From the human T2T-CHM13v2.0 reference genome, Homo sapiens: a DNA stretch of 64,000 nt. The notes beneath the pieces were generated by a model. That model worked only from the letters and a program-made list of their open reading frames with translations. It searched no databases and was not told where the DNA came from. The translations under genes were made by a program, and so were the position numbers. The stretch is taken from NCBI RefSeq assembly GCF_009914755.1, contig NC_060935.1; one strand, 5' to 3'. Below are positions 1 to 14,120 of this stretch, piece after piece; the stretch's first letter is position 1, and each line of letters starts with the position of its first letter.

Positions 1-1005
1 CAGAACTATTAGGTTTTCCTTCCTGATATTTCCTACCAGAGATGTCTCCCTCTTACAGCCAGTGCCCAGGGCCTAATTACAATTAATACATTTTGTCATC
101 AGTATTTTGTCTTCCAACTCCATGGTTTACTTTTGTTCTGGATCTAAGAAAGGTAGCAGCATTGTAGAAGAACTCATTAGGATATCACACTTCAATTAGT
201 ACAGGGATGAGGTTTGTCTGAATAAATACAGCCCATTCCATTCTAACACAGTGCTGGCATATAGGAGATGTCAATAAATGCTTGCTTCCCGAATGAAAAA
301 GTGAACAGAAATTGCAGAAATACGTCAAAGTTTAATTTATTGTGTGTGTAACACAAGCATAGACACCGTTCAATATGCACCATTTTAATAGGCAGAAATG
401 GGCTATTAGTATTTTTAATTTGAGAGTGGCAAAACCTAAACTAATTTCATATTTTAGGAAAGAGATTCTGGATGAAGCTTCCATCATCATCCGCAAGGCA
501 ACTTTTTATCTTTGTGGGGCCTTTGTAATTTTTTTCTACTTGCTATGCCTTCTTCCTTTTATAACCTAAATTTTTCTTTAATGCTCCTGAGATGCCTATT
601 TTCAGGGAATTCTGATGTCAAGGGTGTTCTTGGAAGCTTCTGAGTGTTGGCTAAAATACCTTCTCTTCCACTTCAAAGAAGTCCTATAATGCTAGAACCA
701 TCTTCACTGACAATATCTTTCTTCACCCTCCAAATCTCACTGCTCAGCTTCTGGGGGAGTCAAGTTACAAAAGAGCCAACATATGAAAAATCCATTGTTC
801 TTTAATTTTACTTCAACAAGATAGATGCAGACATCCACATCAGCATTTGGAGACCGGAGAAGTGAAGAAGCAGAAGAGAAAAATCATTGAGTTTCTAGAG
901 TATGCTCTTTATTTAGACATGCAACTTTTACACAGAATGATTTAAGGGAGGTTACAAAGATACATACAAAAGAGCAAGATAAAATAAAGATAAGAAAGAA
1001 AAATG

Positions 1006-1511
<506 letters not shown>

Positions 1512-2027
1512 TTACCTTAAGAGAAATCAGCATATGTAATTTAGAACTTTTTTAAAATTAGGTAAGGTAGTTCTAGGTGATTGTTGGTAACTTTTTTGGA
1601 AGTCTATATTACAAAAATTATTTTAGGTAAGTTTCCCAAAAGTGTCTGGCTGTCTTGGTTCAAGTGTCAACTTCACTGATAACTATTTTTACATCTTGGG
1701 CACACAGCAATTGTTGCTGTTCCTCTCCTACCAGACCCAAGCTCATCCATCTGGTCAGAAAGATTTTTTGAGACATCATAGCAAAAGTAGCCATTTTCCT
1801 CCCTTTTCAACCTTTCTTGCCCAGGACTCCGTATTATTTTTCTTAAAATACTTACCAATATTTAAAACTGAGTTTGTTTATGTGCAAATAAACAAATTAG
1901 AATATAAACTGGAATATTTAAAATTCAGTTTGCTTATATGCAAATAAACTAGATATGAACTGGAAGATATAAATATATATTTGGAATATATAAGTGTATA
2001 TTCCAGTTTATATAAACCAGAATATAA

Positions 2028-2165
2028 ACTAGAATATCAACGCCATGAGAGCAAGGCTTTTATCTCTCTTGTTCTCTCTTAGGCCTCCAGTGTCTAGAAC
2101 ATGGCCTGGCACAGAGCAAGTGCTCATTGAAAGTTTGCTGAATTAATGAACAAATGAATGAATGT
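2028..2165 (+). mobile_element. L2 3' end
   Basis: ctagaa...ccatgagagcaagg...cctggcacagagcaagtgctcattgaaagtttgctgaat with a (tgaa)n tail. Confidence 0.7.
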
Positions 2166-2926
2166 ATAAATATTTTGGATAATATCTTGTCACCTCTAAT
2201 TTCATTCAAATATTGTCTTTACCTTATATTAGCTGGGTAAATCAGCTGCATGAAAGAAATTCTCTTAACGTCCAGATTTTTCAATTTCCATGTTCCCTGT
2301 AAACATCCTCTCTTCATCCCGCCCATCCTCTCCCACCCACACCCCTGCTGCCGTGAATTGTGTACCCTCCTGTCTGAGGGTTCCCCTATACCTGGGCTCC
2401 GTTCCCACCCTTGCTTCTCCTCAAGGACCCACTGCATGGATTTCCAGCTCTACTCCCTCTGGCTCTTTTCCAACAGTGTTGAAGAATACTAAGTCGATGC
2501 AAAGCTACAATATTAAAGTATGAATACTTAAGGACTTCTCCTCCATCGCTTTTAAAAGACAAGAGCCTTTGTTCCAATGTCATCACCTAGAAAGGTCTGT
2601 AACTGTGTTGAGTAGCAATGAGGCTGGAGAGCTGGAGAGGCTGGAAATCACTAAATTTACAGCGGAAAAGGCAGACTTCTCCCCTAGAAAATTAGAATAG
2701 ATCCTAAAGGCATATCCAGGAGACAGAAGAATCAATAACTCATTCTAACTGGGTTTAGAAGAGAGTGTGGGGTGGTTGAGAAGAAAAGGAGAGCTATTTG
2801 GAGTGGGGGACAGAAGAAGGGCTTGTAAAATATGGAAAGAAATATAGAGAAAAAATAATTTTAACTACATCGATGTGCATTACAAAGAGAGAGGCCCTTT
2901 CTCGCTTTCAAAAGTAAAGTATTCTT

Positions 2927-3207
<281 letters not shown>

Positions 3208-3636
3208 AAAAGTAAAGTATTCTTTCCAATAATGTGTGTGACTGTTGTTGCAATACTGCTATTTATTGAGTAGAATATAACAAAGAGCAAGAAGCTAAAA
3301 GCAACAAAGCCCAGCTTTATCTGGATTACATTCAGATTTTGGCATCCTTGAAAAGCAAAACAAAACAAAGGCCCTTCCTATAGCTATTTTCATGTACTAC
3401 TCTCCTTCTCACAACTTCTATTATATAAAGGTTGTCCCCACTCACTGTTTATAATTCCTTCCTTCTCACTCACATTTCACCCCTCTGCCATCAACCTTCT
3501 ACCCCCATTAACCCTTGTTTTTGAAATCGTCAATCATCTTGACTAACTACAGTGGGTGTTTTAGACCCTTCGTTGTCACAGAACTGAACCATTTGGTGGT
3601 TCACTTGGACAGGAGCTATAAAAACTCCAGGCCTAT

Positions 3637-3720
3637 GGTTGCAGTGAGCCAAGATCGTGCCGCTGCACTCCAGCCTGGGGGATAGAGCAAGACTCCGTCT
3701 CAAAACAAAACAAAACAAAA
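3637..3720 (+). mobile_element. 5'-truncated Alu (last ~65 nt plus (caaaa)n tail)
   Basis: ggttgcagtgagccaagatc...gactccgtctc, flanked by the TSD-like pair aaaactccaggccta / aaacctccaggccta. Confidence 0.9.
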
Positions 3721-4499
3721 AACCTCCAGGCCTAATCTTTCCAGCATGGCTAAGCCATCATCCTCGGGAAATACAGACGCTTGACCATGGCTGTGAGAAG
3801 TGCAGTTACCGCCCCTGCCCCACCCCGGTGCAGCCCTATTTGCTGCTGCTGGGCACTCAGCTAGCCCATCACCTGTGCTTTTGTTTGGTTCCCTGGGATC
3901 ATCAAGCTCTGTGTGTAGTCTCCTTGTAGTTAGTTCCTCCATCTAGTCTAGAGGTGAGAAAAAAGTCTGTTCCACAACACCTTCCCTGGGAAGGGTGCAA
4001 TTCGGAGACCATCAGGAGCTCTCTGAGAAAGAAGCCACTAATGTCTTTCTAATATCAAACTCTCTCTTTGCCAGCCTCTTATGAAGGCTAAAGGTGAGGA
4101 GATAGCAATATCGCAAAATCTGTTTTAGCAACTCTTTGCAAGTATTGCCAGTGGTCTGGCACCTTGCTTTGCAATATGGTAATAGCTCCCATTGTTTTGA
4201 AGCTTCAGTCAAAATATAGAAAGAATTTCATATTAAACCACAGTTTCCAAAGATGGTGGGCTGTATCTCGTCTCCTGGCTTCCAATAAGCAAGGTGGAGT
4301 TATAGGCTGTCTTTACACACTCTTATCAAAGTGCTGCATACTTGTTTCTTGGTCTGGTTGTCTACATTAAATTGAAAACTTCTAGAAGCTAAAGATGCGT
4401 CTTTACATCACACACACACACAAGCACATGCCACACCACAATTTACTCCACTACTCTTGTTCCTTCCATCATGCTTCTAGTCTTTTCTTCTCTAAATAA

Positions 4500-4947
4500 C
4501 CAGATTTCTTGTAAGAATTACAATGTTTGCCTCTACTTTTCTACCTCCCATTCAGTCCTCAGTCTACTCATTTAAGTCTGGTCTCATCCTTGCCTGAAAT
4601 ACTTTTCATTAATGTCATCAATCATCTTGTTACACTAGGTCTTTTATCAGTCATTATACCTGACTTACAAGCAAGCACTTGGTTCTTTGGACTATTTCCT
4701 CCTTCTTGAAATAGTATTCTTGAGCTTCTTATATTTAAAAACAACCTTGCTCTCCAGCTAACTTTCTGGCTGATTCTTATGTTTCATTCATCCAAGCTAA
4801 AGCTACTAAGTATTAAAGATCTCCAAGACTCTGTCTAAGGCACTGTCTTCTTAATTTCTTCTTTATCCTCCATAGAGCTAATCCACACCCATGACTTCAG
4901 GGGCCCACACCACTTAAGAGCCTAGAGCTCTTCTGAGCAGCAGAACT
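4500..4947 (+). mobile_element. L2 fragment (left part, interrupted by the ERV-L)
   Basis: Pyrimidine-rich decayed L2 ORF2-like sequence; similar sequence resumes after 10546. Confidence 0.5.
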
Positions 4948-5468
4948 TGTGATGGTTAATTTTACGTATCCACCTACTGGATTAAGGAGTACCTACAGAA
5001 CTGGAAAGCATTATAGTGGGATGTGTCTGTAAGGGAGTTTCCAGAGGAGATTGGCATGTGAGTCTGAGTAGACCAAGTGGAGAAGATCCACCCTCAGTGT
5101 GCTTGGCACCATCTCATAGGCTGGGGGCCCAGACAGAACAAAACAGGCAAGGCAAATAGGTTTCTTTCCTGGAGCTTGGATACACTCTTATCCTGCCCTT
5201 GGTCAGCAGAACTCCAGGCTCGCTGGCCTTTGGACTCTAGGACTTACACCAGCAACCCCCACTCCTACCCCAGGTTTTCAGGCCCTGGAACTTGGCCTGA
5301 ACAACACTACTGGCATTCCAGGATCCCCAGCATGTAGATGGCTGTCACAGGACTTCTCAGCCTCAGTAATCAGGTGAGTCAATTCCCCTAATAAATCCCC
5401 TCACATATATCTATATATCTATAAATAGCTTGTTGGTTCTGTCTTTCTGAAGAACACTGACTAGTGCA
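4948..5468 (+). mobile_element. 5' LTR of ERV-L provirus (MLT2B-like)
   Basis: Begins TGTGATGGTTAAT, ends ...actgactagtgCA, AATAAA at 5390. Homologous along its length to 10048-10545. Confidence 0.92.
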
Positions 5469-8400
5469 GATTTTAGTACCAACAGTGGTTCTAGAGGTTT
5501 TCATAATTGGTTTGGGGTTTCTAGAATTGGCTATCTAATCTGGTTAAATCTAAAAATGCCAAAGACTCTACTTCTAACAGCACAGAGAGCACTGAACTCT
5601 CTAGTGCAAACTGCTCATAGAGATACATAAAATAGGTACATTTGGTACTTTTAATTCACCACTTATAAGAGACAAGAAACTTGGTGACTTCTATATATGA
5701 TACCCTTAACATTTGTGCAGAACCAACGAATATAATGACTTTGGTTGGTTGCTCCTAATGTCAGTGGACAAAGGGATGAAGGAAAAGAATGAGTTCAGGT
5801 ATTCCATTTCCTGCCCCAGCTCTACATAAATAGCTGAAGAGCTTCTAAGTGTGCCCTGAGTCTGAATCTCCTCCCATGTAGCCACAGGTCTGGGATTGCT
5901 GAAAATCAAACAAGAGCGCTTATCATATGACTGACTGAATCACAGCAAAAGCTGAACTCTCAGCTCCGCAGGCGTCTGTGGTTAAAGTGAGGCCATTGGT
6001 TGAGACAGAATGGGATCTGTAAGTTGAGATGGGGATGTGTGGGAGGGCTCTGATGAGGCTGGAGACACTGAGCTATGAAATTCTGATGAGTGTTATTTGC
6101 TAGCAGAAGTGGTTCCCACCCACAATAGTATAGGGTTTTCCATCTCTGTCTGAAGGAGTTAACCCTGCATTGTCTAAGAAAATGGTAACAGCCTCCATGA
6201 GGCAGTTGCCAAGCAAGACAATGCTGAGTCTCCTCAGAATCCACCCCCCCTGCCCCTCTTTGCTTCTGGACCTGTAACTAGACTTGAGTCCCAGCAGGCC
6301 CCTAGAGGTGAGGTTCAAAGTGTGATTCAGGAGGAGGTGTGCCATGTTCCAAAAGAACTACTTCAGTTTTCTAATTTATACAAGCAGAAGTCTGCGGAAT
6401 GCTTGTGGGAATGCATACTGAGAGTGTGGGAATATGGTGGAAGAAATATAAAGTTGGATCAGGCCAAATTTACTTATATGGACCCTCAGAGCCGAGGTCC
6501 TCAATTTAACTTTGCAGCTCAGGGAGTGAGTTTGTTTGATTGAGTGGTAAAACATGGATCAAAAAACATGAGCCACTGTGAGTGAGCTGGAGATGCCTGA
6601 TCTCCCTTGGGCTAACACAGAGGAAGGGATTCAAAGGCTTAGGGAGATTGGAAAGCTACAGTGGATTTGTCACTTAAACCCTACTCGGACACACCAGGAG
6701 GGTCCAGAAGACAGACTTTTCATCAATACTTTGAACAATGGATTTGTGAGGGGAGCCCCAGCACCCCTGAAGAGCTCTGTGATTGCTCTTCTCTGTAGAC
6801 CAGACCTTACAATGGGAGCTGCTGTTATTCAGTTGGAAAACTTAAATGCAATGGGAGTAATTGGATCCCAAGGTGATAGGGACCAAGTGACGGCACTCAA
6901 CCGTCAAAGACAAGTTGAATGCAGTTTTCAAAATGGTACCTGGTATGCACCTACTAAACTGGCAAATACCTTTTTCTCCATTTGTGTTCATAAGGCCCAC
7001 CTGAGGCACTCTGCCTTCAGCTGGCAAGGCCAGCAATACACCCTCACTGTCTTACATCAGAGATATATCAACTCGCCAGCTTTATGTCACAATCCAGTTT
7101 GCGGGAATCTTCACTGCCTTTCCCTTCCATAAGATTTCATACTGTTCTATTGATAACCTTATGCTGATCAGACCTCATGACCAAGAAGTAGAAACTACTG
7201 TGGACTTATGGGTAAGGCGTTTGCATATCAGAGCACGGGAGATAATCCAATTAAAATTCAAGTGCCTTTTACCTTGGTGAAATTTCTAAGAGTCCAATGG
7301 TGTGGGGCATGTCAAGATATTCCTTCTAAGATGAAGGATATGTTGTGTATCTGGCTCGTCCTACAACCAAGAAAGAGATACCATGCCTAGTGGGCCTATT
7401 TGAATTTTGCAGGCAACACATTCCTCACTTGGGTGTCTTACTCTGGCCCATTTGTTGAGGGTCCCAAAAGATTGCTAGTTTTGAGTGGAGTCCAGAACAG
7501 AAGGCTCTACAGCAAGTCCCAGCTGCCATGCAAGCTGCTCTTCCTCTTGGGCCATATGACCCAGCAGATCCAATGATATCCAAGATGTCAGTGGCAGATA
7601 GCGATGCTGTTTGGAGCTTTTGGCAGGGTGCTGTAGAAGAATCACAGCAGAAGTTCTTAGGATTTTGGAGCAAGGCTCTGCCATCATCTGTAGATAACTA
7701 CTCTTTTGAGAGAGCTCTTGGCCAGCTACTGGGCCTTAATAGAAACTGAACGCTTGACCATGGGCCACCAATTACCAGGTGACCGGAGCTGCCCATCATG
7801 AACTGGGTGTCATCTGACCTACCAAGCCAGGAAGGGCATGCACAGCAGCAGTCCCTCATCAAATAATGGACCAGCACAGGCCCTGGAGGTACAAAGAAGT
7901 TACATGAAGAAATGCCCCAAATGTCCTTGGTGTCTACTCCTATCACACTGCCTTCTCTCCCACCACCTGCACCTATGGCCTTATGGGGAGTCCTCATGAT
8001 CAGCCGACAGAGGAAGAGAAAAATCGGGCTTTGTGGACAAATGGTTCTGTATGATACAGAGGCACCAGCTAAAAGTGGACAGCTGCAGCACCTCAGCCCC
8101 TTTCTGGAAGATCCTTTAATGACAGTGGTAAAGGAAAATCTCAAGCGGCAGAATTTGGGGCAGTGCACCTGGTTGTGCACTTTGCTTAGAGGAAAAATGG
8201 CCAGATGTGTGATTAGGTACTGATTCACAGGCTGGATGGTCAGGGACTTGAAAGGAACATGATTAGAAAATTGGTGGCAAAAACATTGAGAGAATAGATA
8301 TGTGGATAGATCTCTCTGAGTCGGCAAAGGATGTGAAGTTATTTGTTTCTCATGTAAATGCTCACCCAAAGATGAGCTCCACAGAGGAGTATGTTAATAT

Positions 8401-10047
8401 TCAGGAGGGTAGGATGACCCATTCTGTGAATACCAGTCAATCTCTTTTCCCAGTCATCCCTGTCATTGCCCAGTGGGCTCAGGAACAAAGTGGCTATGGT
8501 GGTAGGGATGGAGGTTGTGCACGGGTTCAGCAGCATGGCTTCTACTCACCAAGGCTAAGCTAGCTACAACCACCACTGAGTGCTCAGTTGGCCTGTTGCA
8601 GAGACCAACGCTGAAACCCTGACATGACATCATTCCCCAGGGCAATCAGCCAGCTACGTGGTGGCAAGTTGATTACATTGGATGGCTTCCATCATGGAAG
8701 AGGCAGCATTTTGTCCTTTCTGGAATAGACATTTCCTCTGGACATGGGTTTGCCTTCCCTCCATGCAATGCTTCTGCCAATACTACCATCTGTGGACTCA
8801 CAAAATGCCTTATCCACGCTCATGGTATTTCACACAGTGTATCTACTAAGGAACTCACCTGACAGCCAAAGAAGTACAGCACTGGGCCCAAGTTCATGGG
8901 ATCCACTAATCTTACCATGCGTCCCACCATTCTGAAGCAACAAGCTTGACAGAACAATAAAATGGCCTTTTGAAGTTGCAGTTACAGCACCAGCTAACGT
9001 TGCAGGACTGGGGCAAGGTTTTCCAGAAGGCTGTATGTGCTCTGAATCAGCATCCAATATATGATCCTGTTTTTCCCATAGTCAGGATACATGGAGTCAG
9101 GAATCACAGAGTGGGAGTGTCACCACTCACCAATACCCCTAGTGACCCACTAGCAAAGGTTTTGCTTCCTTTTCCCATGATTTTATGCTCTGCTGACCTA
9201 GAGGTCTTAGTTCCAGAGAGAGTAATGTTTCCATCAGGAGACACAACAATGATTCCATTGAACTGGAAGTTTAGACTGCCCCCCCCACCCCCGCAGCCAC
9301 TTTGGAGGCCTCATGCTTCTGAGTCAACTGGCTATGTTATGGTGCTGACTGGGTGACTGATCCGGATCAGGAAGGGGAAACTGGATTACTACTCCACTGG
9401 ATGTAAGGAAGACTATGCCTGGAATACAGGAGATCCCTTAGGGTGTCTCTTAGTATTACCATGCCCCATGATCAAGGTCAATGGGAAACTACCACAACCC
9501 AATCCAGGGAGGACTACTAATGACCCAGATTCCTCAGGAATAAAGGTTCAGGTCACCCCACCAGGTAATGAACCATGACCAGCTGAGGTGCTTGCTGCAG
9601 GTAAAATAATACAGAATGGGTAGTGGAAGGCAGTTATAAATACCAGCTGTGGCCATGTGACTAGTTACAGAAACAAGGACAGTAATTGTCATGAGTATTT
9701 TCTTCCTATCTTGTTAAGGATATGTTTTGGTGTACATATTATATACATGTTATAAATATGTTAAGCAAATATCTTTGGTTTTGCTCATCTCTTATCCCTT
9801 TATTATGTATAATAAGATTTTTTGACTTTATATCAGTATATATGTGTTGTTAATTTTACATCATAGTGTTTCAGTTATCATCCAAACACTTTACCTTCTC
9901 TTCTAGGGAAGAGATTAGTGCATTTTCAGTTGTATGCAGATAGTTTCACCACGTTAGGTGGAACTATTTCCTTGTTACTGTCTTCATTTGGAGGTTAAGT
10001 ATGGTTTAATGGGATGCAAACAGGTGCCAAGTTGACAAAGGTGGACC
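5469..10047 (+). mobile_element. ERV-L (HERVL/ERVL-B4-like) internal region: decayed gag, RT, RNase H, integrase, dUTPase; no env
   Basis: Degenerate PBS gattttagtaccaacagtggttctagagg. Gag remnants (LWECILRVWEYGGRNIKLDQAKF, ELEMPDLPW). RT remnant (AFSWQGQQYTLTVL...YINSPALCHN). RNase H remnant (FVSHVNAH). Integrase C-terminus (WGKVFQKAVCALNQHPIY). dUTPase after integrase (GDTTMIPLNWKFRLPP). PPT-like aagttgacaaaggtggacc before the 3' LTR. Many stops and frameshifts. Confidence 0.92.
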
Positions 10048-10545
10048 TGTGATGATTAACTTTAGGTGTCAATTTGACTGGATTAAGGAATACCTAGAGA
10101 ATTGATAAAGCATTATTTTGGGGTGTGTCTGTAGGGGATTTCCAGAGGAGACTGGCATGTGAGTCTAAGTGGACTCGGTGGGGAAGATCTGCCCTCACTG
10201 TATGTGGGCACCATCCCATAGGCTGGGACCTAGACAGAACAAAAAAGAGGCAAGGCAAATAGGTTTCTTTCCTGGAGCTCGGATACACTCTTCTCCTGCC
10301 CTTGGTCAGCAGAACTCCAGGCTCTCTCGCCTGTGGATTCTAGGACTTAGCCCAGCAACCCCCACTCCCACCCCAGGATCTCAGGCCCTGGAACTTGGAC
10401 TGAGCAACACTACTGGCATTCCAGGGTCCCCCATATGTAGACGGCTGTCACGGGACTTCTCAGATTCCATAATCAGGTGAGCCAATTCCCTTAATAAATC
10501 TCCTCCCATTGATTTTTATGTCTCTAGAGAACCCTGAGTAATACA
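10048..10545 (+). mobile_element. 3' LTR of ERV-L provirus (MLT2B-like)
   Basis: TGTGATGATTAAC...accctgagtaataCA, AATAAA at 10493. Imperfect 5-bp TSD gaact (4943-4947) / gacct (10546-10550). Confidence 0.92.
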
Positions 10546-10550
10546 GACCT

Positions 10551-11760
<1,210 letters not shown>

Positions 11761-13023
11761 CTCACCATAATAAATCACCAATGAACAACACAGTGTCCTT
11801 TTAAACTGAATAAATAATTGATTGAGTCCTCAGTTTTCTAAAGCGTGCAATGGGAAAATAACTGTTTCACAAAGTTCTTCTAAAGATCAGATGAATAGCC
11901 CAGCGTTGCACTTGTCATGTAACAGACTCTCAATCACGGTTTGCTTCCTTTATTTCTCTGCAAAATATACACAGACGATGACATGGAGGCAGGATGTGAT
12001 GTACAATTAGCTATGGCTCAAAATAAGGGCAACAAATTTGGGGTGCAGGTTCCCCACTAACATGTCACACTGGCCACTCCATTTTCCCCAGGCACCGTGC
12101 TTCTCCGAGATGGGCACGGTGCGTCCTCAGCTTTTCACCTTGCCTCTCTATATTTCTCTGCGACAGCAGTAGAATCATCAGTAGTAGTGAAAGAGAAAAG
12201 ATAAAGAGGCATAAAGGAAAAAGAAATGACAGTTTTCAGGCATGCCAAGTAGATTACTCAAATGCATCTTGATTTACACGTGACAGATGTCTTCCTTAAA
12301 AATATATGTAAACTGAATTGTACTTGGAATTCACAAGGGAATCTTGGTACTTAAAGAAATCCTCTACTGAATCCTTTTGGAATAAGAACCACCAACAGGA
12401 TGATGAACTCCCCCCACCACCGGTGTTTGCGTCATGGGGCATTATGTAATTCCTTTTTACTCCAGCATAAGGTAAATGTATGTATGGCTTATGTAAATGA
12501 AGATACTTCTAATGTTAATTTCTGATGAAAAACCGTCCAGTGGGAGGCCAGATCAGAGGAAATGGTCAATAAATCAAGCTCGGGGTCCAGGAATTTATGG
12601 ATTATAGCTGGTTGGAGCTTTCCTGAGGAACCCCAACTTTCTTCATTGCAAACTGAGGCTGAATGGCTGTAGGGTGCTGAATTCACACAAGAAGTTGTTA
12701 GCCCGATGGGGATGGGGCTCAAGTAGTCAGGGCTCTTGGGAATGAGCACAGTTAATAGTGCAATTAGCTTGGAGGAAGTGAAAATAAAAAACTTCCTGAG
12801 GGCTTCTGTGAGTAAGACACCCTGTGTGACGTGCTCAGCATAGTGTCTGGCACATGCTGGGTGTGCACGGGTGTGATTTCTGTGACTTGGCTGTTGAGCG
12901 GCCTGCAGTGCACATTGCCCCAACCAAAGGACTCAGGCCAGAAAACTATGCTGACGATCTCATCAGGGATGGGGGAGAAGAAAAACAAGAATTCAGAAGG
13001 AAATTCAGATATTTTACTGGGCT

Positions 13024-13699
13024 TGTTGGGGCTCAGAAAATGACAACCCAGAAGTCTGGTGCTTCTGCATGCTTTAACAAGAAGACTTTAGAAGCAGCCT
13101 CATAATCAGGACTTTCTGACCTCTTCTGCCCTCACCCCTGGCACAGGGAGGGGCTCTCTCTTGAATTTCCTTATCTGATTAAGGAAACTTCTTTCCACAA
13201 GAAAAACAGTGGTCTCAAGACTTGCTCCCTAGGAATCTCATCAAATAACCAGGAAAGAATCAAGGAGACTAAAAGTTGTCACCACACCCAGATAGACTTT
13301 TCATCTATTCTCATAAAGGCAACTCCGAGAAATTACCTGGGAGACTTTATCTGCATAATAAGACAACCTTTGTTTGCAGTGAAGTTCTGCCCTCACCTTT
13401 GCACCACCTCCCCCAGAGCCCAGAGGAACTTTGCTCTAGGCAATTGTTTCTTGGGCTCATTCATTTCCCCTGAAAACCATTTCCTACCCCTCATACTTGT
13501 CTACATCCCCCATTTACCTCTCTTTCATTTAAGCCTCAACTATCTGGCCCTTCTTTGAGTCTCATATTATGGGACTTCTGTGTCCATAGCCTGTTGATAA
13601 ATTTGTTATGGCATTTTTTTCCTATTAATCTGTCTATAATCAGTCATTTCCACAAAGCTACAAAGAGGGCAGAAGGGAAGCTTTTCCTCCACCCTCACA
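13024..13699 (+). mobile_element. Solo LTR, MER39-like (ERV1)
   Basis: TGTTGGGGCTCAGAAAA start, ...ccctcaCA end, 4-bp TSD ggct at 13020-13023 and 13700-13703. Confidence 0.8.
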
Positions 13700-13850
13700 G
13701 GCTAAAGGTTTCCCATATGTGACCAAGGACAGGAGGTTGTTTTATAATATTTATGCCATAAACTAGACATGGCTGAGATCTATAACTACACTGAGGAGTT
13801 ACTATTTCTCTCTTATTTATCAAATTCCCTGAGAAGCCAGACATTACTGT

Positions 13851-14024
13851 TGTAAACCAAAAATAAAATTCTAAGCTCCCCAACTTTCTGAATGGAACCC
13901 TTCTCTCATTCAAGGCCATTCCAAAGTTAACCTGAAAAACTACTAATAGTTCAGGCTATGATGGGAATTGGGCGTTGGACATGCCTCATTATACCCTCCT
14001 CCCTTTTGGAATTCAGGCCCAGCT
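13851..14024 (+). mobile_element. MER4-family LTR, 5' part only
   Basis: TGTAAACCAAAAATAAAATTCTAAG...ccaaagttaacctgaaaaact...ggacatgcctcattataccctcctccc. Confidence 0.8.
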
Positions 14025-14120
14025 CAGGAGTTCACAACCAGCCTGGGCAACATAGTGAGACCTTATCTCTATAAAAATAAGTAAATAAATAGAAAAATAA
14101 ATACACAAATAAAAAAATAA
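14025..14120 (+). mobile_element. FLAM/AluJ left-monomer 3' fragment
   Basis: caggagttcacaaccagcctgggcaacatagtgagacc followed by an A-rich tail. Confidence 0.8.
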
